Source: an uncultured Chloroflexia bacterium
GTDB lineage: Bacteria > Chloroflexota > Limnocylindria > Limnocylindrales > CSP1-4
Length of the DNA stretch: 64,000 bases
Reading direction: 5' to 3'
Assembly (NCBI GenBank): GCA_963809375.1
Contig: CAWEJO010000008.1
Span: 69,075-133,074 of the forward strand
Shown: piece after piece, positions 20,314 through 30,610 of the stretch
Layout: each line of letters starts with the position of its first letter
Numbering within the stretch: the first letter of the stretch is position 1
The notes under the pieces: model-generated
Databases searched by the model: none
Told to the model about the DNA's origin: nothing
The model's input: only the letters and a program-made list of their open reading frames with translations
Program-made: the position numbers and the translations under genes

Positions 20314-20991
20314 ATGCATCTCCTCCTCGTCGAGGACGACACGCAGCTTGCCGACCTGACCGCGCGACTCCTGGAGGAGGACCACCATGTCGTGGAAGTC
20401 GCCGCGCGCGGCGAGGAAGCGCTCGACATCGTCGACGCCGGCGGCATCGACGCCGTGATCCTCGACCTCGGCCTGCCTGACGTCGACGGGCTGGCGATCG
20501 CGCGCCGGCTCCGGGCCAGTGGCGATCGCGTGCCGATCCTGGTCGTGACGGCTCGCGACGCGGTCCTTGACCGGGTCGCGGGTCTCGACGCGGGCGCCGA
20601 CGACTACCTGGTCAAGCCGTTCGCCTACCCGGAGCTGGTGGCTCGCCTGCACGCGCTCGCCCGCCGGTCGCGCCAGACGATGGCCCCGGGCGGCCGCACC
20701 CTCACCTGCGGGCCGCTCGCGCTCGACGACGCGACCCGCGAGGTCGCGGTGGACGGCCGGCGCGTCGACCTGAGCCCGCGCGAGTTCGCGATGCTCGAAT
20801 GCCTGCTCCGGCACCAGGGCCAGGTGCTCACGCGCGATCAGCTGCTCGATCACGCCTGGCCCCACGGGGTCGAGGTGCTGCCCGGCTCGGTCGACGCCTA
20901 CGTCTACTTCCTGCGGCGAAAGCTGGGGCCTGCGGCCGGACGCCTGATCGAGACGGTCCGCGGTGTCGGCTACCGGATGGGGCGACCGTGA
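20314..20991 (+). CDS. OmpR-family response regulator
   Basis: LLVEDD, LDLGLPDVDG, GADDYLVKPF, IETVRGVGY. Confidence 0.96.
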   Translation: MHLLLVEDDTQLADLTARLLEEDHHVVEVAARGEEALDIVDAGGIDAVILDLGLPDVDGLAIARRLRASGDRVPILVVTARDAVLDRVAGLDAGADDYLVKPFAYPELVARLHALARRSRQTMAPGGRTLTCGPLALDDATREVAVDGRRVDLSPREFAMLECLLRHQGQVLTRDQLLDHAWPHGVEVLPGSVDAYVYFLRRKLGPAAGRLIETVRGVGYRMGRP

Positions 20992-22403
20992 GCGGCGGCC
21001 CGGGCGACGAAGCCACCGGCACGGGCCGTCGGGCGGCCGCCCGCGGGCCCGATGCCCGCCTGCTCCGGCGGACGCGGCTGCGACTCATCGCCTGGAGCGG
21101 CGGCTCGACGCTCGTCCTCCTCGTGATCCTGGGCGGCCTGCTCTACTGGGCGACGGCCGCACGGCTCCGCTCGGAGTCGATCGACCAGCTCGCCGCGCGG
21201 GCTGCCGGCCTGCGCGTCTCGACGGTCTCGGTCCCGGCCGGCGAACCGGCCTTCCAGGTCCCCGTCACCGCCGATCCCGGTTCGGTGGGCATGATCGTCG
21301 GAGGTCCGATGTCCGGCACGATCGCCTTCGTGATGCCTGTGGACGGCACGAGCGGAGTTCGCGTGCCGTTCGTCATCGGGGGAGCCTCGGTCGTCGGTCC
21401 GGCAGGAAGCGGGGTCGGCGTCGGTGGTGGCCCGGTGCTCACCACGACCGAGGGTCCCGGTGAGGGCCCCGTTCCAGCGACCGATCCGATCGCCGTCGAC
21501 CTCTCGGATGGGCCGGTCGTCACAGAGCAGGTGGTCGGCGGCCTGCCCGTGCGCGTCCTCATGAAGGGCATCGACATGAACGGGCAGCCGATGGTGATCC
21601 AGGTCGTCGCGGACCGGACGGCGGAGGTCAGGGCCCTTGAGACGCTGCTGCTCGTGCTGGTGGTGGGCGGCCTTCTCGTCGTGCTCGGGGCGGCCGGCGC
21701 GGGCTACGTCTACGCGGGCCGGGCGCTGGTGCCGATCCGGCGCTCGCTGGAGCGCCAGCGGGAGTTTGCGGCGGACGCGAGCCATGAGCTCCGGACGCCG
21801 CTCGCCATCGTGAGCACCGCCCTCGAGCACCTCCGGCGGCGACGGGATGACCCGGAGGCCGTCTCGCGCGCGATCGCCGACCTCGAGAAGGGCTCGCAGC
21901 GCATGACCGGGCTGGTCGACGACCTGCTGTTCCTCGCGCGCACAGACGCCGATGCCGTCGAGCTGGCGCACGGTACGGTGGATCTCGCCGAGGCCGCCGC
22001 GGATGCCCTCACCGCGTGCGAGACCCTCGCCGGTGAGCGGAGCGTCCTGTTGCGGCTCGACATCGAGCCCGCGCCGGTCATTGGCGACGAGGCCCGTCTC
22101 CGGCAGCTGGCCGGGATCCTCCTCGACAACGCAATTCACCACGCGCCCGCCGGGTCGGCCGTGACCGTCAGGGTTCGTCCCGGCGCGACGCTCGAGGTGG
22201 AGGACGCGGGTCCGGGCATCCGGCCCGAGGACCTTCCGCACGTCTTCCGGCGCTTCTGGCGAGCGGCCGACGCGCCGCCCGGCGGCACGGGCCTCGGCCT
22301 CGCGATCGCCGAGTGGATCGCGACCAGCCACCGCGGGCGGATCCTGGCCGAGACCCGCACCGAAGGGGGCGCGCGGTTCCGGGTGACGCTTCCGGGGGCG
22401 TGA
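20988..22403 (+). CDS. sensor histidine kinase (HisKA)
   Basis: two TM helices; FAADASHELRTPL, LLDNAIHH, DAGPGI, GTGLGL. Confidence 0.94.
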   Translation: MSGGPGDEATGTGRRAAARGPDARLLRRTRLRLIAWSGGSTLVLLVILGGLLYWATAARLRSESIDQLAARAAGLRVSTVSVPAGEPAFQVPVTADPGSVGMIVGGPMSGTIAFVMPVDGTSGVRVPFVIGGASVVGPAGSGVGVGGGPVLTTTEGPGEGPVPATDPIAVDLSDGPVVTEQVVGGLPVRVLMKGIDMNGQPMVIQVVADRTAEVRALETLLLVLVVGGLLVVLGAAGAGYVYAGRALVPIRRSLERQREFAADASHELRTPLAIVSTALEHLRRRRDDPEAVSRAIADLEKGSQRMTGLVDDLLFLARTDADAVELAHGTVDLAEAAADALTACETLAGERSVLLRLDIEPAPVIGDEARLRQLAGILLDNAIHHAPAGSAVTVRVRPGATLEVEDAGPGIRPEDLPHVFRRFWRAADAPPGGTGLGLAIAEWIATSHRGRILAETRTEGGARFRVTLPGA

Positions 22404-22597
22404 CGCCGGCCCTGCCGGCGGGTCCGCAGGCCGACCGTGCGGGCGCTCACGGACCCCGCACGCCGCCAGGTCAGGACCCGCTGGGACCATCAGCCCGCTA
22501 TACTGGGCGTATCCAGCCTGCATAGTTTCTATGCGTTCTCTCGGCGCCCGCCCCTCGCGCGCCCAGGAGGTCATCGGTCCAGCTACGGAGGTGCCCC

Positions 22598-24094
22598 GTG
22601 AGCCAGGCGTCGATCCGCCCCGTCGTGGTCCCGGCTGTCCCGGATGTGACAGTCATACCCGGCAGCGGAGACGTCCCGGTCACGGATGGCGACCTCGCTG
22701 CCGATGCGGCGACTGGTCACGCCCCGCACCTGGCGGTCGTCAGCCCCGACGAAGACGACTGGACCGGCACCGCGCCGCGACTCGTGACGCCGCTGCCCGG
22801 GCCGAAGGCGCGCGCCCACATCGCGTTCGACGAGGCATACACGTCGCCCAGCCTGCCGCGGGCGTACCCCATCGTCCCGACGCGCGGCCGGGGTTCGGTG
22901 ATCGAGGACATCGACGGCAACCGGTTCCTCGACTTCTGCGCCGGGATCGCGGTCAACGTGACGGGCCACTGCCACCCGCGCGTCGTGGAGGCGATCCAGG
23001 CCCAGGCCGCCGAGCTGCTCCACTACTCGGCGAGCGACTTCTACCTGCCCGTCTACGCCCACCTCGCCGCCGAGCTCGAGCGGATCGCGCCCATGGCGGG
23101 CCCGACCCGGGTGTTCCTCGGCAACTCCGGCACCGAGGTCGTCGAGGCGGCGATCAAGCTCGCCCGGTATGCGACCGGGCGCCAGGCCATCGTCGGGTTC
23201 CTCGGCGGGTTCCACGGCCGGACCTACGGCAGCGTCAGCCTCACGGCGTCGAAGGCCAAGTACCACGCCCACTTCGGGCCGCTGCTCCCCGGCGTCTACC
23301 ACGTGCCCTTCGGGAGCGCCGGCCTCGACGAGCTCGAGCAGCGTGTCTTCCACCGTCTCGTGCCGGCCAACGAGGTCGCGGCCATCGTCGTGGAGCCGAT
23401 CCAGGGTGAGGGCGGGATCATCGTCCCCGACGACGCCTTCCTCGCCCGCCTGCGGCGGATCTGCGATCAGCACGGGATCCTGCTGGTTGCCGACGAGGTC
23501 CAGTCCGGGATGGGCCGCACCGGGAAGATGTGGGCGGTGGAGCACTGGGGCATCGAGCCCGACGTGCTCGTGACGGCCAAGGGCCTCGCCTCCGGGATGC
23601 CGATCGGCGCGCTGATCGCCCGGGAGCACCTGATGACCTGGACCGCGGGCGCTCATGGCAGCACGTTCGGCGGCAACCCGGTGAGCTGCGCCGCCGCGCT
23701 CGCGACGATCGCCCTGCTCGAGGGCGGCCTCATCGCCAACGCCAGCGCCCGCGGCGACCAGCTCCTCGCCGGCCTGCGCCCGCTTCGTGACGCCCACCCC
23801 GCGCTCGTGCGCGACGTTCGCGGCAAGGGCCTCCTGATCGGGATCCAGTTCGACAGCGGCGCCACCGCGGCCGAGGTCGAGCACGCGGCGTTCGAGCGCG
23901 GGCTCCTGGTGCTCACGGCGGGCGACGATGTCGTCCGCATGTCGCCCCCGCTCGTCCTCTCCGAGGCCGAGGCCGCGACCGGGATCCGCATCCTGGGCGA
24001 AGCGGTCGCGGCGGTGGCGACCCGGCACGCGACCGGGGCAGGTCCCGTCGGCCCGGTCGCACGTTCGGGATCCGCTGCCCCCGCCGCCGGCTGA
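22598..24094 (+). CDS. class-III PLP aminotransferase (GabT/4-aminobutyrate aminotransferase-like)
   Basis: NSGTEVVEAAIK, FHGRT, EPIQGEGG, DEVQSGMGRTG, AKGLASG. Confidence 0.92.
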   Translation: MSQASIRPVVVPAVPDVTVIPGSGDVPVTDGDLAADAATGHAPHLAVVSPDEDDWTGTAPRLVTPLPGPKARAHIAFDEAYTSPSLPRAYPIVPTRGRGSVIEDIDGNRFLDFCAGIAVNVTGHCHPRVVEAIQAQAAELLHYSASDFYLPVYAHLAAELERIAPMAGPTRVFLGNSGTEVVEAAIKLARYATGRQAIVGFLGGFHGRTYGSVSLTASKAKYHAHFGPLLPGVYHVPFGSAGLDELEQRVFHRLVPANEVAAIVVEPIQGEGGIIVPDDAFLARLRRICDQHGILLVADEVQSGMGRTGKMWAVEHWGIEPDVLVTAKGLASGMPIGALIAREHLMTWTAGAHGSTFGGNPVSCAAALATIALLEGGLIANASARGDQLLAGLRPLRDAHPALVRDVRGKGLLIGIQFDSGATAAEVEHAAFERGLLVLTAGDDVVRMSPPLVLSEAEAATGIRILGEAVAAVATRHATGAGPVGPVARSGSAAPAAG

Positions 24095-24113
24095 CGCGCC
24101 GGGAGTCCAGCGG

Positions 24114-25034
24114 ATGGCCGCTTCCAAGGTCGCCTCGATGCGCGACGCGGTCGCGGAGCTGGTCCGCGACGGCGACACGGTCGCGATCGAGGGGTTCACC
24201 CACCTCATCTCGTTCGCGGCCGGCCACGAGATCATCCGGCAGCGCCGGCGCGATCTCACCCTGGCCCGGATGACGCCGGACCTGATCTACGACCAGATGG
24301 TCGCCGCCGGCGTCGCCCGCAAGCTGGTCTTCTCGTGGCTGGGCAATCCCGGCGTCGGCGGCCTCAACGCGATCCGGCGGGTCACCGAGGGCGCGGGTGC
24401 CACGCTCGAGCTCGAGGAGTACTCGCACTTCGGCATGGTCGCCCGGTATGCCGCCGGCGCCGCCAAGCTGCCCTTCATGCCGCTGCGGAGCTACTTCGAG
24501 ACCGACCTGCCGAAGGTGAACCCGCGGATCCGGCAGGTCCGGTCGCCGTTCGGGGACGAGGTCGTGTACGCCGTGCCGCCCCTGAACCCGGACGTGACCG
24601 TGGTCCACGCGCAGCGCGCCGACGCCGACGGGAACACCCAGGTCTGGGGACTGCTCGGCTGCCAGAAGGAGGCGGCCTTCGCCGCGAACCGCGTCATCGT
24701 CGTTGTCGAGGAGCTGGTGGACGCGGCCGTGATCCGCGCCGATCCGAACCGCACGGTGATACCCGGCATCGTCGTCGACGCCGTGGTGGTCGAGCCGTGG
24801 GGCGCCCACCCGTCGTACGTCCAGGGCCGCTACGACCGCGACAACCGGTTCTACCGCGACTGGGACCCGATCTCGCGCTCGGCGGAGGCCACGGAGGCCT
24901 GGCTGGCGGAATGGGTCCTCGGCGTGCCGGGGCGGGCCGAGTATGCCGAGAAGCTCGGCCCGGAGCGGCTCGCGTCGTTGCGGCCGACCGGTGCGGCGCT
25001 GTCGGGCGAAGTCGACTACGGCGAGTACCGCTGA
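24114..25034 (+). CDS. family I CoA-transferase subunit A (glutaconate/3-oxoadipate type)
   Basis: GFTHLISFAAGHE, HAQRADADGN, WGAHPS. Confidence 0.9.
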   Translation: MAASKVASMRDAVAELVRDGDTVAIEGFTHLISFAAGHEIIRQRRRDLTLARMTPDLIYDQMVAAGVARKLVFSWLGNPGVGGLNAIRRVTEGAGATLELEEYSHFGMVARYAAGAAKLPFMPLRSYFETDLPKVNPRIRQVRSPFGDEVVYAVPPLNPDVTVVHAQRADADGNTQVWGLLGCQKEAAFAANRVIVVVEELVDAAVIRADPNRTVIPGIVVDAVVVEPWGAHPSYVQGRYDRDNRFYRDWDPISRSAEATEAWLAEWVLGVPGRAEYAEKLGPERLASLRPTGAALSGEVDYGEYR

Positions 25035-25825
25035 TGGCCGGCCAGGCTGCCGACCCGGGCTTCACCCGGTCCGAGATGATGATCGTGGCTGCCGCCCGCG
25101 AGCTGGCCGGCCAGCGCGTCTGCTTCGTCGGCGTCGGCCTGCCGAACATTGCGGTCAACCTGGCCAAGCGGACCGTGGCCCCCGACCTCGAGCTCGTCTA
25201 CGAGGCCGGCGTGTTCGGCGCCCAGCCCGCGCGGCTTCCGCTCTCGATCGGCGATCCCACGATCGTCACGGGCGCCACGGCGGCGGTCTCGATGTGGGAG
25301 CTGTTCGCGTACTACCTGCAGGGCGGGCTGATCGACGTCGGGTTCCTGGGCGCCGCCCAGATCGACCGGTTCGGCAACATCAACACGACCGTGATCGGCG
25401 ACTACGCCCACCCGAAGACCCGCCTGCCGGGGAGCGGCGGGGCCTGCGAGATCGCGATCAACGCGAAGCAGATCTTCGTGATCATGCGCCAGTCGGCGCG
25501 CTCGTTCGTCGAGCGGATCGACTTCCGGACATCGCCCGGCAACCTCGGCGGCGCGGAGAAGGCCGAGCGGATCCGGCGGGAGCAGGGCTGGCTCGGACGG
25601 GGGCCCTCGGTCGTCGTCACCGACCTCGGGATCTGGCACTTCGACGAGGCCGGCGAGATGCGCCTCGACTCGCTCCACCCGGGCGCGACGCTCGACGAGG
25701 TCCGGGCGACGCTCGGCTGGGCTCCCAGGATCGCGGACGCGCTGGTGGAGACGCCCGCGCCGACGGCCGACGAGCTGCGGCTGATCCGGGAGGAGCTCGA
25801 CCCGGAGGGCATGTACACGAAGTAG
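25034..25825 (+). CDS. family I CoA-transferase subunit B
   Basis: FVGVGLP, VYEAG (catalytic Glu), AQIDRFGNINTT, RLPGSGGA. Confidence 0.9.
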   Translation: MAGQAADPGFTRSEMMIVAAARELAGQRVCFVGVGLPNIAVNLAKRTVAPDLELVYEAGVFGAQPARLPLSIGDPTIVTGATAAVSMWELFAYYLQGGLIDVGFLGAAQIDRFGNINTTVIGDYAHPKTRLPGSGGACEIAINAKQIFVIMRQSARSFVERIDFRTSPGNLGGAEKAERIRREQGWLGRGPSVVVTDLGIWHFDEAGEMRLDSLHPGATLDEVRATLGWAPRIADALVETPAPTADELRLIREELDPEGMYTK

Positions 25826-25895
25826 GGTCCGGGGTCTGTGCGCCCGGACCCGCGCCGGTCGTGGCCCGCGAGGGACGGGCCAGGTCCGCGCCGCG

Positions 25896-28264
25896 CTACC
25901 GGCGCCCCGCCACCGCGGGGCCGGCGTCGAGCACTGCGCGTACCCGCTCGAGGAGGTCGGTCGCGGAGTACGGCTTGGCCAGGAACGCGGTTCCCGGGGT
26001 CGAGCACGCCGCGGTGGACCGCGGCGTCGTCGGTGTAGCCCGACGCGTACAGCGCGGGGCACGCGGGGTGTTCGGCCTGGAGTCGCCGGGCCAGCTCGGC
26101 ACCGTTCATGCCGGTCATGACCATGTCCGTGAAGAGCAGGTCGACCGGCCCGGAATCCCTGGCGACCTGGAGCGCCGCCTCGCCGCTCGGCGCGCAGAGC
26201 ACCCGGTAGCCCCACCCGGCGAGGATCCGGACCGCGAGATCGCGGACGGACGGCTCGTCCTCGACCACGAGGATGGTCTCGTGGCCACCTCGCGGCGACG
26301 CCGGGGCCCGCTCGGCCGGCCGTCGCTCGGCGCGCCGATCGGTGCCGGGCAGGTAGATCGTGAACGTCGTGCCGCGGCCGGGCTCGCTCGCGGCGTAGAT
26401 CGCCCCGTTGAGCTGCTGGACGATCCCGAACACGCTCGAGAGCCCGAGCCCGGTGCCGCGCCCGCGCTCCTTGGTCGTATAGAACGGCTCGAAGATGTGG
26501 TCGAGAACGCCCTCCTCCATCCCGACCCCGGTGTCCGACACCACGAGCCGGACGTAGCGCCCGTTTCGGAGCCCGACGTGCTCACGGGCGAACGCCTCGT
26601 CGACCTCGGCCCCGGACGTCTCGATGGTGAGCGTTCCGCCGGACGGCATCGCATCCCTCGCGTTGACGGCGAGGTTCACGAGAACCTGCTCCAGGTAGCC
26701 CGGGTCGGCGAAGGTCGGGTCCGGCCCGGCGGACGTGTCGACGGCGAGGACGACATCCTCGCCGATCAGCCGCGACGAGCATCGGCACGATGCCCCGCAC
26801 GACTTCGCCGAGGTCGACGACACGAAGCTGCATCACATGGCGGCGCCCGAACGCCAGGAGCTGGCTCGTGAGCGCCGCCGCCCGATCGGCGGCCTTCAGG
26901 ATCTCGGCGATATCGCGCTCCTGCGCAGAGCCGGGCACGGCTGCCTCGAGCGCGAGCCGGCCGAACCCGCTCATGGCGGTGAGCAGGTTGTTCATGTCGT
27001 GGGCGACGCCGCCCGCGAGGCGTCCGATCGCCTCCATCTTGGTGGCCTGGCGGAGCTGCTCCTCGAGCAGCGCCCGGGCGCTGATGTCCTCCATGATCGT
27101 GGCCGAGTACCGGACGACGCCGGCCTCGTCGAGCACCGGCGAAGCGTAGACGTGCGCCGTCAGGACCGACCCGTCCCGCCGGACGTAGCGCTTCTCCATC
27201 TCGATCGAGCCCGTCCGCCCGGCGAAGAGCCCGCGCATCGCGTCGCCCGTGAGGGCGAGGTCCTCGGGGTGGGTGATGTCCCGGATCGTCATTGCCGCGA
27301 GCTCGGCCCCGTCGTACCCGAGCAGGCGCTGGAGCGCGCGGTTCGTCGAGATGCAGTGGCCCTCCGGGTCGAGGAGGAGCATCCCGATGGATGACTCGTC
27401 GAAGATCGCCCGGATCCGGGCCTCGCTCTCGCGCAGGGCGGCCTCGGCCCGCTTGCGGTCCCGCATGTCGCGCGCGATGTACTCGATCGCAGGGCGCCCG
27501 TTGAACGTGACGGCCGACGCCGTGACCTCCACGTCGACGACCTGCCCGTCGAGCCGGAGGTGGCGCTGCTCCATGAGCGGGACAGAGCCGCCGTTCGCCA
27601 GCAGGTGCTCGATCCGGCCCCGAACGACGGCCCGGTCGGCGGGATCCACGAAGTCGAGGGGACTGCGGCCGAGCAGATCGGCGGGGTCGGCCGCGCCGAG
27701 GAGCCGGGCGGCCGACGGGTTCGCGAACACGACGCGCCAGTCCTGGTGGACCACGATCGAATCGGGCGAGAGCTTGACGAGCGCCTCGTAGCGCCCCTCG
27801 GTCTCCGCCAGGGCATGGATCGCGCGGCGGCGGCGATGCGCCTCGGTGCCCGTCAGGACGAGGCATGCCGCCCGGCCGGCAGAGACCACCAGCCTGGCGA
27901 CCCAGCCCTGGATCGCCCACTCGCCAGCCGGATGTGCCTGGCCCGGCCCGCCGACGATCCGGCCCTCGAATTCGGGGTTCGCCGTCGCCGATCCGGGCGC
28001 CGGCGTGTGTGCCGCGCGCCGGGCCGCCTCGCCAAGAAGGCCCTCAACGGCGTCGCGCGCCGCGGCCCGGAGCGGCGGTTCATAGAGCGCCTCCCAGAGA
28101 GGGAGGCCGAGGAGCGCGGCCCGCGGCCGCCCGGTGAGGTCAGCTCCCGCGGCATTGGCTGCCCGGATGACCCCCTCGAGGTCGGCGACGATGACGGGCG
28201 CACCGACCGCGTCGAGGATGGCTGGGTCGACGGCCAGGCCGTCGACGTCCGAGGAGTGGCGCAC
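25896..28264 (-). CDS. PAS-PAS-PAS hybrid histidine kinase with C-terminal receiver (frameshifts near 26770 and 25995)
   Basis: three PAS domains; LAGGVAHDMNNLL, NLAVNARDAM, GTGLGL, LVVEDE, FTDMVM, FLAKPY. Confidence 0.9.
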
Positions 28265-28377
28265 GTTTCGACGATACTCGCGCCTACCCCGACGCGCAGG
28301 GGCCGAACGTCCCGTGCGCGGCGAACCGTCGGCGGCCCCGATCCGGCGGGACCCCGAGGACGCTGGAGACCGCCGGG

Positions 28378-28803
28378 TCAGGTCCCGGCAGGCGACGACG
28401 AAGCGGCGATCCGCGCCGGACGGACGACCATGACAGGGCAGCGCGCGTGGCGCACCACGTGATCGGAGACCGAGCCCAGGAAGAGGCGCCCGACGGCCCC
28501 GCGCTCGTGCGTCCCGACCACGATGAGGTCGGCGGACTCCGCCTCGGCGGCCTCGACGATCGTCTCGCCGGCGTCGCCCTCCCAGGTCAGGCCGGTGGCC
28601 TCGGCGCCGGCGGCCCGGGCACGCTGGACGATCGCCTCGATGGAGAGCTGTCGCGCCGCGCGGACGGCCGGAGCGCCGCCGACGACCGAGATCACGACCA
28701 GGCGGCCGCCCAGGCGGGCGGCCAGCTCGATCGCCTGCTCCTCGGCAGCCTCCGACGCGGGCGATGCGTCGGAGGCAAGGAGGATCGTTTCGATTCGCGC
28801 CAT
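28378..28803 (-). CDS. universal stress protein
   Basis: ILLASDAS, ADLIVVGTHERG, LGSVSDHVVRHARCPV. Confidence 0.95.
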   Translation of the reverse strand: MARIETILLASDASPASEAAEEQAIELAARLGGRLVVISVVGGAPAVRAARQLSIEAIVQRARAAGAEATGLTWEGDAGETIVEAAEAESADLIVVGTHERGAVGRLFLGSVSDHVVRHARCPVMVVRPARIAASSSPAGT

Positions 28804-28845
28804 TCGGACCCTTGGTGGGACGTGGTGGTCGTCCCGACTGGAAGC

Positions 28846-30335
28846 CTAGGGCTTGTAGGCCGCGGCGACGGCGCCCACGACCGCGTCGACGTCCTTGGCC
28901 GTCGGCAGCACGATGAGCGTGCTCACCATTCCGAACATGCCGTCGGTGCCCTCGACGTGGGGCAGGATGTGGCAGTGGAACGCCCAGATGCCCGGCCGGT
29001 CCGCGGTGATGATCGCGTCCCACCGCTCGCCCGGGTTGACGCCCAGCGTGTCCGCGAAGAACGCGGCGCTGCCGAGCGGCGCGCCGTCACGGGCGACGAC
29101 GTGCATCCTGAATCCGTGGCTGTGCCACGGGTGCATCATGATCCCCTCGTTCATGAAGCGGATGAGCACCTTCTCGCCGACCGCCGCGAGGACCGGCACG
29201 GTGGCCGGGAACCCGTGCCCGTTGATGGTGAACCCGCCCAGCGTGTCGTTCGAGATCCAGATGTACTCGCGGTCGTAGGCCTCGCCGTAGAGCTTCTGGT
29301 ACGCCTTCTTCGGGTCGGGGTCGTCCTTCGGGTCGACGATGAAGGCCGCCAGCAGGCCGCGCCCGACCTGGTCGGTCGCGTTGTGATGCGAGTGGTACAT
29401 CAGCGACCCGGCGGGCGTCGCGGTGAACTCGTAGGTGAACTTCTCGCCGGCCGCGAACGGCTTCTGGGTCACGAACGGGACGCCGTCCATGAAGAAGTTG
29501 TCGAAGTCGACACCGTGGAAGTGGACGCCGGTCGTCTCCTTCATGTTGTTCGTGAAGGTGACCCGTACCTTCTCGCCTTCGGTGACCCGCATCGTCGGGC
29601 CTGGCCACTGCTTGTTGTAGCCCAATGCGGCGATCGGGTCCTTCAGCTCGTCGATCTTCTGCTGGAGCTCGTCGATCGTGAGGTCGAAGACCTTGACCCC
29701 GCCCTGGGTCGTCGGCTTGAGCGGCGCCAGGATGTCGTTGAGGTAGACCTGTGGCACCTGGGCGAAGGCGGGCGGCTGGGCCAGCTCGGGATAGTTGTCG
29801 GCCGCGCCGAGGATGTCCGCGAGCTGGGTGAAGATCGCCGGGTTGACGGGATCGAAGATGCCCTTGAGGGCCGGGGCCAGCGAGCCGACGTAGCGGCGCA
29901 CGACCTGGCGGGCGTTGTAGTCGTGCTCGCTCCAGCCGGCCGGCAGGTTCGGGATGGGCGAGGCGGATGGCGCGGGCGACGCCGGCGCGGGAGTCGCCTC
30001 GGGCATGCTGCTCGCGCCGGGGGTGGCGGGTGCAGGCGACGCAGGGGCTGCCGACGCAGGGGCTGCCGACGCGGCGGCGCCGACGCGGCTGGCGCCGATG
30101 CGGGCGCGGCGCTCGGGGCCGCGGCGGGCTTCGCGGTCGCGTACTGCCAGGCCGGAACCGCGGCCGGCGCGCAGGCCGCGACCGTGGCCGCGACCAGGCC
30201 GCCTCCGGCCAGGGCCGCGCCGCGGAGGAAGCCACGTCGCGTGACGCTGCCCGGGAGGGCGGCCTCGGCGGGCGTCGCGAGATCCGAACCGGACCCGAGG
30301 GGCAGGGGATCGGTGGGGCGCGTCGGAGAGTCCAT
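28846..30335 (-). CDS. Tat-exported two-domain multicopper oxidase (type B-like), probable lipoprotein; frameshift near 30080
   Basis: TRRGFL twin-arginine, VAAC; VHFHG, MYHSH, MHPWHSHG, FHCHILPH...GM. Confidence 0.88.
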
Positions 30336-30370
30336 GGGGAGATGCTAAACAACGCGTCGAGGGCCCCGAT

Positions 30371-30415
30371 GTGACCTTTGTCACCTATCGGTGGTCCGCC
30401 CGGGCCGATATGCCC
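30371..30415. promoter_or_regulatory. palindromic activator-like sites GTGAC-CTTT-GTCAC (30371-30384) and GGGCCGATATGCCC (30402-30415)
   Basis: first site is centred 42.5 bp upstream of the leaderless MCO start; it resembles both DevR and CRP/FNR boxes. Confidence 0.6.
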
Positions 30416-30610
30416 ACCGACGAATGAATCGGTCGACGATCGTGCACGCCGCTGGGGAACCGCCGACCGCGGAATCGCAGGAACGGCCGGGGGCGACCCG
30501 CCGGAGCACGCCGCGCGGTCGCCGGCGCGTGCGCCGGGGGCATCGACGACGAGGCTCGCGGCGGCAGGTCGCGACCACACGCACGCACGGGACCCTGCTA
30601 CGCTCGCCGG

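Noticed and set aside
28846-30335. Copper nitrite reductase (nirK)
   Set aside because: The type-1 Cys is in domain 2 (HCH) and domain 1 has HSH, the opposite of NirK
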